In this document: piece after piece, positions 53,701 to 64,000 of the stretch
Layout of the letters: each line of letters opens with the position of its first letter
Position numbering within the stretch: the first letter of the stretch is position 1
Source: Yuukianura sp. NJ FZ-2021
Taxonomy: Eukaryota
NCBI GenBank assembly: GCA_046563655.1
Contig: CM102288.1
Coordinates: 4,898,001-4,962,000 of the forward strand
Reading direction: 5' to 3'
Length of the DNA: 64,000 bases
Notes under the pieces: generated by a model
Told to the model about the DNA's origin: nothing
Database searches by the model: none
Seen by the model: only the letters and a program-made list of their open reading frames with translations
Made by a program: the position numbers and the translations under genes

Positions 53701-56700
53701 GGTCGTTGGCGTCCTTGAGCACGTTTGTGGCTACCGCTACACACTTTTTCGAAAAGCCTTTTTTTTTTGTTTTCGACAGCGCTTTCGAACCTAGTTAGCA
53801 CCCAGCAATAAAACTGCGCAACTCTGTAATAGTTTCCTAGTAAAAAGTAGCTTCTACTTTTCTAAAAGTTATAAAATCCAGTAGTGACAGTGGTAAATTT
53901 TGAAATGAAGTGAAATATATGAAGGAAAACAGAATAATTATTACCACTGTCGTAATAAACATTTCATACAATTCAGGCAGAGGAAAAGAGTGAAGTACTT
54001 CCTTTTTTTTTTCGTTTCGCAAATTCCATTTCGTAACTTTCACAAGTTTTAATTTTAGACTTCAATTTTTTTCTTCCGTAACAGTCGTCAACTCCAGCCA
54101 TATAGCATAAACGAAATGGACTTTTTATTACTCTGTTCCCAAGTTTTGTGATATTTTTCTCTCGGAATGACAAAAATTGCAAGAAAAGTTGCTGAAATTG
54201 CACAAATTTTTGTTGTGACTAATAAAGCTTAGGGTTAAAAGGACGTGCTTACAAATTCTCATTAAGAAAGAATTCTTATACGAGAGAGAGTCTTTTTAAT
54301 TGAATTTCTTTTCAAATATCTTCCTCCTACTACTGGAAAGTCTCAAATTAATTTGATGTTGAAAAAGGAAACAATAGGAAGAGGAAATTCATCTTTCCAA
54401 ATTTTAATAAAAGCCAAATCGTTTAATAAAAAATAAACTAAATCCTGGAAAATGCTGGCACATGCACATGCTTACGTATTCCGGACCTTTTCTTTTCATT
54501 AAAAGCTATGGTAATTCATAAAAATTTTTAGCGTGGAATCATCACACTTCATTCTGTAAACTATAAAAGGTTGAAAAGCAAATAAATACGGAGTTTGTTA
54601 AAACTAATTTGTATTTTTTATTAGCCAAAAATTTGAAACTTAAACGTCCTACACAGTCCTACGTGACTTCTTTCATTCAGTTTTTGTATTTTGTTGTTTG
54701 AATGCTTGAAAACTGTGACCTCGTTAAAAACTTAATCTGTTCTGATCCTAAATCCAATGTGTCTCTTCACTAATTCCTGTGCTGTCTTTATTAACTAACC
54801 TTCTTTCAGACTTCATTTCTCAACTGTCGCTCAAGGACCTTTTGTTGTGGTCTCATGGCTTAAATTAATAGACTTCCAAATTTTAAAAAATAAAAATTGC
54901 CTGAGCCTAGACGGATAAGAACAAAATTTTGAAAATCAAAATGAAAAGTCTTCAAAAAATTTAATTTCTGAACTTTACGGCCAACTCTTTCAGCTTTACT
55001 CAAGAGATTTCACCTAGCCTAGGCATTCAATTTCGAACTCTACGAAAGGCTTATTGCTGCGGTTTACAAATGAAGCAAAATGGGAAGTTCCAGAATTTGC
55101 AATAGTATTTCCGAATCGTTGCTTCACCCTGTGAATTCGCTAAACAAATTGCGAGAATCCATTCCCTGCGGAACTCTCGAATAAGAGGATCGGAGATGAT
55201 GGAATGGAACAGAACACGCCTTATCAAGCATATTTTCCACTTTCACCTCATCAATTTACCTCAGAAGCCATTCTGGAAACGGACAAGATGCTTGCAAAGA
55301 GTGCCATTTTGAAGCAGAAAAGAGCGTCAAACTTAAACCAAGTCGTTTTGTAAACTTGTTAAGCAACTTTTTAGATTTTATGATCTCCTCCCCCATAATC
55401 CCAAACGACTTTCACCCTAAACACTCATTTTTTACGTTTCATGGCTAAAATCTCGGAATTTGAAATTTTTATCACCACGGGCGTTTTTGAATGTAACAAA
55501 TGTAACAAGTTACGGAAATTCCTTCAGGTCACGCGGATATTGGAAGTTTTGATTTCGGAATTGAATTTCAAAATTTTGAAAATCGCTCTTGTTTCAGATA
55601 ATCTTCAAAATTTTTCTCAAGGAGGAAATAGAAAGTTCTTGACTCGTGCTTTCCAGAAAACTGAGAAATCTGACCTGTCTGTGTCACTTAAGTACTTGAC
55701 GATAGAAACTAAGCTGGAGGCTCATCGGGTTAATTTATAATGGAGCGAAAGTTTGCGTGCAGGGCCTAGTGCGTCGTGTATCGTTTTTGCTATGATGGAC
55801 GGGCGGATGTGTTTCCATTTAAATCTCTTTAACAAACGGGGTGTAATAACTTTCTCTTTGCACTAAAGTGTTCTCGTGTAGCTAACAAGATTCAAACTTT
55901 GACTTTTTCAAAGTTCTCTCAAAGTTGAAGTGTTTAACTTTATTGAAAGTCAACGACTTCCTCTTCCTCTTGCCACTTCCCTTTAGAAACCTGCGTTAAC
56001 TTAACCACAACGTAAACGTACAGTTCAGTCGTAGTCAACCGGAAAAATAACGATCCAAAATACCACAAAAACGTACACTTTTGAATTTGTTTTTTTCCCG
56101 CCTCACAAAGCTCTTCCGTCGTTTTCACATCTTTCGATGCTTTTCCTGGATACAAGAATACATAAAGCGACGTTCAAGTGAACCCCATAGGGATCTCCAA
56201 GTGGCGCGAAATTTTCAATTCCAAATGTTATAAAATATACTACATACTATAATATATACATAGTACGTTATTGTGTAACTTATTAGTTTTACAACATATG
56301 TTTTGTTCTGTTCAGGTTAGGTTTTGACTACATTCATGTTAGGTTTCTGCGTTTCATTTCTCAAAAGCTTCGTTTGAAACAACACTTTAGTGAGCGTTCA
56401 CCTTAGTTTTCTCTTTTGTTTTACCGATTTTGAGTGAGACCGTCTCGAACAAAACCTTTTGAAACGAAATGAAAATTCGCGGGGTTTTGTCTTTGGTGTG
56501 GGATTTGGCTGGTGAAAGTTGAGGATTCAAAGGAAGGTTAATTCATTTAAGTTCTGCCAGAGTCAGGAGTAGCTTTCACTTACCATCATGGCCCTTCACT
56601 GCATGCCTTTTTTCTAATGTTAGTTTATGATTTCTCAAAATTTTCCCAGAAAAGCGTTTCAAATGGCGTTCAGCTTCTTCAAATCTTGGAAACTTTCAAA

Positions 56701-57634
56701 ACCAACCTTGCTTGGTTGCTTTTATCAATGTTCAACTTGGCTCCAAAAAGTTTTCACTTCAGATTCCGCAACAGCCGCCCGTCTTCTCACAAATACAACT
56801 TCACTTTCTACGTATTTAAAAAACAACTTTGTTCGTTCTTTTTTCCTTTTGTACTAAAAAAGTACGAGAAAAGTCAAAAGTTTGTTGAAGATCGTCAAAA
56901 TGGAAATTAAGTCCCTGAAGAAAACTGAAAGAGAGAAAAAATTCACAAGAAAATTTTGTAGTCGAAAAGTTCCATTTCAGAAGCACAAATTTTTTTTAAG
57001 TGCCTAGAAACCCGGTTAAGCACTTAAAAAAATTACAATACGGTCCAAATTCAGAATTGCGGAAGCGTTGCTTTTTGCTCGAGAAGTTCCACTTTAAAGA
57101 TTGCTTTTGTTGCCACTACTTCAAAATTGAAATTGGTTTCTTGGACGAGTTAAGTTTAGAATCGCATCGGAGTTTAAGAAAGCGGTTTTATGAGTGTAGG
57201 AAATTGATCTCTTCTGCGTCTGAAACTTTGTGGTTGTGTTTAATTGGTAAACAATTTGTAAAGGTAAACACTATAACTATTATGTCCTGCAATGTAACTG
57301 CACCGCAAACGAGTTGTAACTAAAGTTTTTTTTTTCCAAACTTTGTCTGTCCAACCACTCGCTCCGACTGTGTCAAAGCGACTGAACACCCAACTGGAAC
57401 CTGGTAACGCACAAAACTCAGCCGCCAAACTCCTTTGGTTATGACTTTCCTACACGACACGACTTCTCCAGAAACACGCTGGAAAAGTACACTCATCACA
57501 GCTACTAAGACGGGAAAGAGCAAAGAAAAATTGAGACTATAAAATTAATCTCTTGTTTTAGTTTCGAATTTTAATCGCAAACTCAGCTCTCTGAGAGTTT
57601 TCTAACAAATTGAAACAGAAATGATTTAGCAACT

Positions 57635-58427
57635 TCATTCTACACGCTTTTGGCTTGGGCAAGAGCAGGCCACTGAATTGTAGTTGAGGCGAGTGAAGAA
57701 CTTTTCTTGGAAGCCAATAGCCTTGAGATGGGCCACGATGACCTCGAGGTCACAAGGGTCAAGTGTTGGAAAACGCGAAAGTACAGCAAAGCTCCGTTGG
57801 CCATCTTCCCAACATCCGTTCACAATTAACCATGACTTGTTGTCACTCAGGGAAATTCGAAAAACACCTCCGAGCCCTGAATAAAAAAGTCATCAAAAAA
57901 CTAAAAATTTCAACAAAAAGTTATTTTCAACAATTTTTTACGCGCGCCAGAAACATTTAGTTTGTGCGCACCTTCTGGAAAAGTCTTGTTCCACAAAGTA
58001 ACATTTGGAGCGACGATGATATTCTGCATAGTTTGAGTTTTACCACAGTAGGCACTGATGGTCTCCGTCCGGTTTACAAAGCCCACGGTCACACTCACAC
58101 AGGAGTTCAAAATGTCAGCTACCGATAAGAAACTTAAATCCGCTTGTTTGAACAGAATTTGAGAAAACCTGAGAATGTGTAAACTGCTCATCAAGGGGTA
58201 ATAGAGTGGCATTGTTGTCTAAAAATCAACATTTCAAAATATTTTCTCAAACTCTTGTTTTTTTTCTTTAATTGTTGCTTCTGACTTACCCATCTTTTGA
58301 AATTTGCTGTTACGAATCCCTCTTGTGGTGAACATTGCTGTTCGAAATAATTTGAAACCAAAATCCCTTCGCTCAAGCATATTCCCAGAACGAAAAGAAG
58401 ACAAACTTTTAGAACTAAAGTTTTCAT
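57635..58427 (-). CDS. Secreted Cys-containing protein, possibly lipocalin fold (about 208 aa), paralogue A
   Basis: Exons 58427-58290, 58218-57972, 57876-57635. Signal peptide; C-terminal SFAVLSRFPTL..HLKAIGF resembles lipocalin SCR3; same exon structure as paralogue B. Confidence 0.75.
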
Positions 58428-58709
58428 TCTTGAAAAGACAAAACTTGCTGTGAATTGTGAAAATGTTAACCTAACAAGTACTTGTGCTAGAATGACTTTT
58501 AGTCAGTCGTTTTACTCCAATTTTATACAAGACGCCAGAAGTATTTCGCTGTCTTAGGATTGTCATGCCTTACGTTTTCAATTTATTTGCAACCTGCCGC
58601 TTTTGAGTATGTCAATTTAAATGAATTCCTAAAAGAAGGTCAGATGCCATTGGTAGAAATTCTGCTGACAAAAGAATACTTCATTTTCAAACTGTTTGAC
58701 GTTTAGTAA

Positions 58710-58816
58710 GCTTCGTCCGATTCCTGCGCCATGCACACGTTGAGTATTTGCTACACTGGCAACAAGGTCAAATCTATCTGTCGGAACAATTCCTGCGTGA
58801 GTCGCAGAAGGCTACG
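58710..58816 (-). pseudogene. Relic of a third copy of the secreted lipocalin-like family
   Basis: RSLLRLTQELFRQIDLTLLPV*QILNVC aligns with LDVLRLTQDLFRQSDLSFLSVDQVLNSC of paralogue B and has an in-frame TAG at 58752-58754. Confidence 0.75.
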
Positions 58817-59166
58817 AACGGCTATAAATTCGTGCGACTTCGTTTTTTCAGTTGCGACTTTCGGAAGTGACACGCAGCGGTGTGGTTGCGGAAATATATA
58901 AAACTGGATGCATTTTTCAAAAAGTTGTTTTGTTAAAATTTTTGTAGAGAATGACTTTAACTTATTTTTGCGAAAATGTAACAATATGTCTATTGGAATT
59001 TTCCTCAGAACCTCACATTTCATCCCTAACATGTTGTAACCATTTTGGTAGTTTTATTGCCCAATTTGAAAATTAAGAAATTTGAAATCATGAAATTCCA
59101 GGAACAAACATTGATTCATGGAGTTCAAATATATTTTTTGATGAGTCCATGCTTTGAGGGTAGAGT

Positions 59167-60085
59167 TTAGTAACTTTCGTAAGGAGAATACGTTGCTTCA
59201 AATTCTGGACTTTCTTTCTGTTGACAGGCACAAGTGGTGGGGTCATACTTTAGCCCAGTGAAGAACGGTTCCTGGAAGCCAATGGCCTTGACATGGGCCA
59301 CGATGACCTTGCGAGTGCATGGGGACAAGGTGGGGTACAAGGAAATGACACCAAAGCTCCGCTGTCCATCTCCCCAGCATACGTCAATCACCATCCACGA
59401 TTTGCTGTCGCTCAAAGAAATCTTGAATGAACCGCCAACTCCTACAGAAGAGAAAAAAGTTTTCAGAATTGAATAAAAGTTTGATTTCATAAATCATAAT
59501 TTAAAAAAATTCAAAAGTTAGAATTGAAAACGATCTAAAGAAGACCACTCACCGCCTGGATAATTTTTTCTCCATCTAGCTGTTTCTGGACTGGGGATAA
59601 CGATGTTCCTAGTGAAAGTTCGTCCGCAGTAGCCATTGAATGTCAAGTGAGTTCCGTCAATTTCGACAGTGATGCAGGAGTTGAGCACTTGATCAACCGA
59701 TAGAAAACTCAAGTCCGACTGTCGGAACAAGTCTTGCGTCAAGCGAAGAACGTCAAGGCTGCTCGACAGGGGGAAGTATAGTGGAGTTCCTTCGGTCAAA
59801 TTGGCTGTCTGTGATTCAAATCATTTCAATTTTTAGTTGTGAATTTAAAAAAAATTATGTTCCAACATAAAAACATTATAAATAAATCTCGAAAAAATAT
59901 TTTATGTACTTAAATTCAAGAAGAATCAAACAAGTAATTACCCAATCTTGAAAACTTTGTGTAATGAATCCTTGGTCGTGTCTGCAGCGTTGTTCAAAGT
60001 AATCCGCAACATCGATTCCTCCCCGCGGAAATCCAAATGCTACTGCTGCGAATCCCAGCACCAAAAAAACTGCGTACTTGGTCAT
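59167..60085 (-). CDS. Secreted Cys-containing protein, possibly lipocalin fold (about 224 aa), paralogue B
   Basis: Exons 60085-59942, 59808-59553, 59441-59167. Signal peptide MTKYAVFLVLGFAAVAFG; shares YFEQxC, PLYxPLxSSL, CWxDGQRSF and AHxKAIGFQE with paralogue A. Confidence 0.78.
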
Positions 60086-61093
60086 TGTTGTATTTCTGAA
60101 CACTGAGCGCTGGAAGTTAGCAAAGAGATGGAAGCGTCGCTGATGATCGCTGGCATTTAAATAGCAAGTCAAGATTGGAAGTTGGAGTGGCAAACATTTG
60201 AATTATTTGCCATTGCTGCATAATTGTTTCCCACGGCATGTGTCAGTTGGCATCTTCTGTTTTCCAACAATTTTTAGAATTTAGGGCACATGAAAGTAAC
60301 GTCTAACCTGACCTAACCCATTGGAACAGCACATTACATTCTTATTACGATGTACAGAAATTTGGAAAAATAAATTCTAATTTTTTTCCTTCACACAAAT
60401 ACCGAAGTGAGATCATAAAATTTTACGCAACTTAGTAATGGAAAAGAATCATAAAAAATTTCTCAACACTCAATCTAAAAATATTAAAGGTTGACCTCGT
60501 AAATTTCACAAATTTTGTTACAAATTCAATATCTGCGTACCGGAGGCTCTCCTTTGTCGTAAAATATTCTTAACACATCATCACAATTCCCGTGAAGCAA
60601 CAATTTTGCAATGAAATTCTAATAACGAGGTCAAAATGCTTTATGACTTCCTAAAATGCACTGATGCTTCCAACAGTATGAAATCTTAAAAGCCTCGTTC
60701 TTTTCAAGATATTTTGAACTTGGAATCGCTGAAACATAAGATTGGAAATTAAAATTACACTACAGTGGAACCTAGTAACAGTGGATTACCGTAAAACTCC
60801 AATTTTTGTGGAGATTTTGCTTGTTTCACGGCACTTTCCTTTTATTATGCTCCTTCGCTACGCCTACTAAAAATTTGTTAAGCAAAAACAGCGTAAAACA
60901 GTATTTGCTACAAGCGCCCAGCACCAGTGTTGTGTTTGAACAATAATTAAAAATACCAATTAACCTTTAACGAAAGAAAAAAAATCGAAATCACCTTGAC
61001 AACTCTATGAAAAATACCGGCATCCACAACATCAATTTTGTAAATATTCTATCATAAAACATTGTTATGTATACGTTTTCAACAGTCCGGAGC

Positions 61094-61950
61094 TCAACGA
61101 AGGGAGTATGCGCTAGCCTCGCTTGTCAACAGGTCTTCATAATCGGGTGGCACTGAAAACATTAATATTAGTATTACGTGAAAATATATTCGATGTTATA
61201 CACAAAAAAATCCTTTTGTGCATACATGTTTCAAGTGAGCCTGAGAACGTTTCGGCTCGCGACGCGATAGAATCCAGAGAAAGCGAAGAGTAGCGTGGAG
61301 GTCCAAGGATGCTCAAACTTGGACTTGTAAGAATACTCGTTTCTCGAATGCCCAGTGACCTGCTTACATCCTCCGAACGATGGCTGGGGGTCAGCGACAT
61401 TTCAGTAAGCTGTTGAGGCTGCGTTCTGTGTGGTACACGACTAAACGTATACTCAATCCTGATGGGATACTCCTCGCTCAAAATAGAATAACTCTCACAC
61501 GCCGCACCAATCTGAGCAGAAAAATATTAGTGGTAATCCTTCACCTTTGACCTCGATGTGACCTACCTGTAAAACATAGTTGTTGTCAATGACATTCAAC
61601 ATGGGAGGATCCCAAGTGTGCAGAGTGGGCATGATGACTTCCGGAATTTTCAGAAACCCAAACCAACTAGTTTCGTGGAAGCCGGGAGCTGAGGCTTCTT
61701 CGGCGACATTTCGCGTTTCCGTTTTAAACGCTTTTGCTGGATTCGAGGATGGTTTTCTTTTCCTCTGCGAAACTGTAATTGACTTTTGGATCAGCGTAAC
61801 AACGAGGAATTCAAATAAAACTGATCCGTTAGGATTTTCAATTTGAACTTCAAACGGAATGTGATCTCCTGGATGAAAAGTTGTTCTAGGTAACAACAAT
61901 GTGAGTCTAAACTCAGATGACCTATGTGACAAAAGTTTACCGGTTGACAT
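61094..61950 (-). CDS. Alpha-arrestin-like protein: Arrestin_C domain plus PY tail only (about 242 aa)
   Basis: Exons 61950-61567, 61511-61226, 61152-61094, phase-consistent. LPRTTFHPGDHIPFEVQIEN..VTLIQ..LKIP..PT..VIDNNYVLQI; PPRY and LPPDY motifs. Confidence 0.72.
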
Positions 61951-62455
61951 TTTAAACAAATATTTTCTTATAACTTGTTCTAAACAGGTCCGAATTTTCT
62001 ACCTACAGTTTTCGTTTCCTCGTTAAAGCTACAAGGCAAAGTGTAGGGAGTTATTGATTTTTCTACGGCTTGGTCTAAAAAGCTGAATCTCTCCTAAGGA
62101 GAAGCGCCAACGCATGTACTATATGTTTCGGTTTTTACCGCAGACTCAATACATTGATCTAATTACTTCACTTGTACTATTATTATTGGAGTTGGTCAAA
62201 GAAAAGCATATAGTTTATTACTTTCCGGATAGTCCACTCAAAGGAAAACTAAAAGCTTATTTAGAATTACTCGTAAATTAAGTTTTATCTAACTACCTAA
62301 CACGGATGTCTGTCGACGGCGATCCCTCAGGAATTTGTTTAATAATCGTGTTGTTATTTTAATTATGTACAGACTGTAGACGGGGCTAAAAGATCCTTCC
62401 ATTATCAATAACCATTCACGCGAAATTCAGCATTCAGCTTTCATCTGACTTTGTC

Positions 62456-63222
62456 CTAATCGAGCCACGATTGCTCCACGCAGGCCTTGACCCGCTTTTC
62501 ATACTCTCGTCGATTCTCCTTGTAGAGCTGGGCTGCCATAGAGTTAGCCGGAGAGTTAGGGTTCGGATCGCTAAGTAATGACTGAATAGAGGTGACTGCA
62601 AACGAAATTAAAAACAGTTAGGTACAATTCTTCTTGAATTGCAGTAATGGCTCTGGGTTCAGAGGAAAAAAATGATGGAGAAATATTCGAACTCTTACGA
62701 ATGGCTGAGACGTCGTACGTTGGACTCCAACGATTTTGAAGAATGTCCAGGCAAATCGCCCCGTCAGCATCTGTCCAAAAAAGACAAGTTCATTAAAAAT
62801 TGTGCATTCCTAAAACCAGTAGATCGTGTAAAGCATCGCCGTAATATCTCGAGCAAAAGTATCTCTACAAAAATATCTGGATTCGAATAGGTTGGGTAAG
62901 AGATATTTCAAGAGATATTTTTGGAAGATATGATGGCAATGACGCGACGCGTCATTGACGCGTCTTCATTCGTCTTACAAACGTTTGGATGAAACAATTT
63001 GGATACGAATCGAACAGTGGGTGGCTTATTAGGATATTCTTCAGTAAATTCAACGGAGAGTTTAAAAGTTCCATCCTCGAAGGGAGTTTCATGCGGGCCA
63101 AAGATGATGGCGTTCCAGAGCATAATGTTGTTGTCAGTCGGAGCACCACTCACTCCAGCCGGAGGATCTTCTTGCAGTTTCTTAAAATCACGCATAAGCC
63201 GACGTCTTGCTGGAGTCGACAT
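62456..63222 (-). CDS. UBE2A: Ubiquitin-conjugating enzyme E2, RAD6/UBE2A/UbcD6 orthologue (151 aa)
   Basis: Exons 63222-62979, 62770-62699, 62595-62456: [21 protein letters not shown]...[25 protein letters not shown]...VEQSWLD*. Confidence 0.97.
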
Positions 63223-64000
63223 CCTCGTAAGTTCCAAACGGCCTAGCACTGCCCTATCACAAAGAACTCGCTGCGGAATAGAAGAAAAGATCTGAAAAAC
63301 AGAAACAGGCATACAGTTAGACGTTGAACCAACGGGAATTGAATTATTCGCGTTTCCATTTTTCCCCGATCATTATTGCGATAAGAAACCCGCTTGGGAT
63401 GTGTTAACCATAATGCGTAGTATACTGCGCAAGTATACGTACCTTTATTACGTATACTTTTATTACGGACGGTAGTACTTTTATTACGGACGGGGAAGAG
63501 ACTCTGGTTAAATTTTCAGAAAAACTCTAAAGTTTTAGAAACTAAAGCGAGAAAGTGACTACAAATTAGGTAAGATTACTAGGTTATTACGACGCTTTTC
63601 CTGAAGCCACTTCGCCAGTCAACTAAACTTTAGGGCTTTTCTCTTGGTACTTAGGTGTAATCGGTGTCGTAATTCCCTTCGGACGCAGAGTAGTGGAATT
63701 TCAATGGAATTTACTAGAACTTACGGTGCCAAATTCGTCAAGGTTAAGGTTGTATTTGGTAGTTTGGTTGAATCACCTGATCGACTGCTCAACAGCTACT
63801 AGGTTATTCGTGTTTTAAGTGAACTAGAGTGGATGCCTGAGATTCAAATAGGCAAAATCGATTAGTTGTGTAAAAACTAAACGATGGATTGATGTGATTA
63901 ACTGTTATTTGTTTCTCAGGATTTCCAAATATGAAACGGAAAGGGAAGAGTGATTCACAAACATCTTTCGTCGTCGTTTAGTGTGTCCTCCTAGAACACC

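Noticed and set aside
57240..57523. Possible further secreted or lipocalin relic (SSWVFSRF; hydrophobic LFPVLVAVMSVLF)
   Set aside because: The motifs are in different frames and similarity is too weak to support by eye.
283..63295. Numerous 60-120 aa ORFs antisense to real exons or in AT-rich introns
   Set aside because: Shadow ORFs or low-complexity F/K/L-rich chance frames without splice or motif support.
63456..63493. Direct repeat tacttttattacggacgg in the RAD6 upstream region
   Set aside because: Only two copies; a small local duplication with no further support for function.
8500..63760. Scattered AACCT/TTAGG telomere-like short runs (for example 13458, 14529, 16851, 41981)
   Set aside because: Only 2-3 units each and dispersed; no interstitial telomere array.
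63920..64000. Start of a plus-strand gene divergent from RAD6 (acceptor tttctcag, then ATG AAA CGG)
   Set aside because: The ORF stops after 16 codons and the window ends, so it cannot be supported.

Overview
This is eukaryotic, intron-rich, AT-rich genomic DNA, most consistent with a compact-genome arthropod (it has a PTH-receptor-like GPCR and arthropod-style UGTs; the organism is an inference). I built exon models by hand and checked splice phases. From left to right: a Hector/calcitonin-type class B GPCR running off the left edge; two tandem NCKX (SLC24) paralogues; a 73-aa microprotein resembling only the TM and tail of an M6PR/ATG27-type sorting receptor; PHGDH; ZNHIT2; an EXD1/Egalitarian-like gene with two tandem 3'-5' exonuclease domains, the second degenerate; a hAT-type MITE carrying about 101 copies of an 11-bp satellite; a PTH-receptor-like GPCR with two UGT genes nested antisense in one intron; two secreted lipocalin-like paralogues plus a pseudogene fragment; an alpha-arrestin lacking its N-lobe; and RAD6/UBE2A. 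Many MITEs with clear TIRs and TSDs are present. Perfect RGGTCAAAGGTCA (nuclear-receptor DR1-type) motifs form a dense cluster at 20.5-26.6 kb. I found no CRISPR, rRNA or tRNA. All family assignments come from motif recognition, not database searches.
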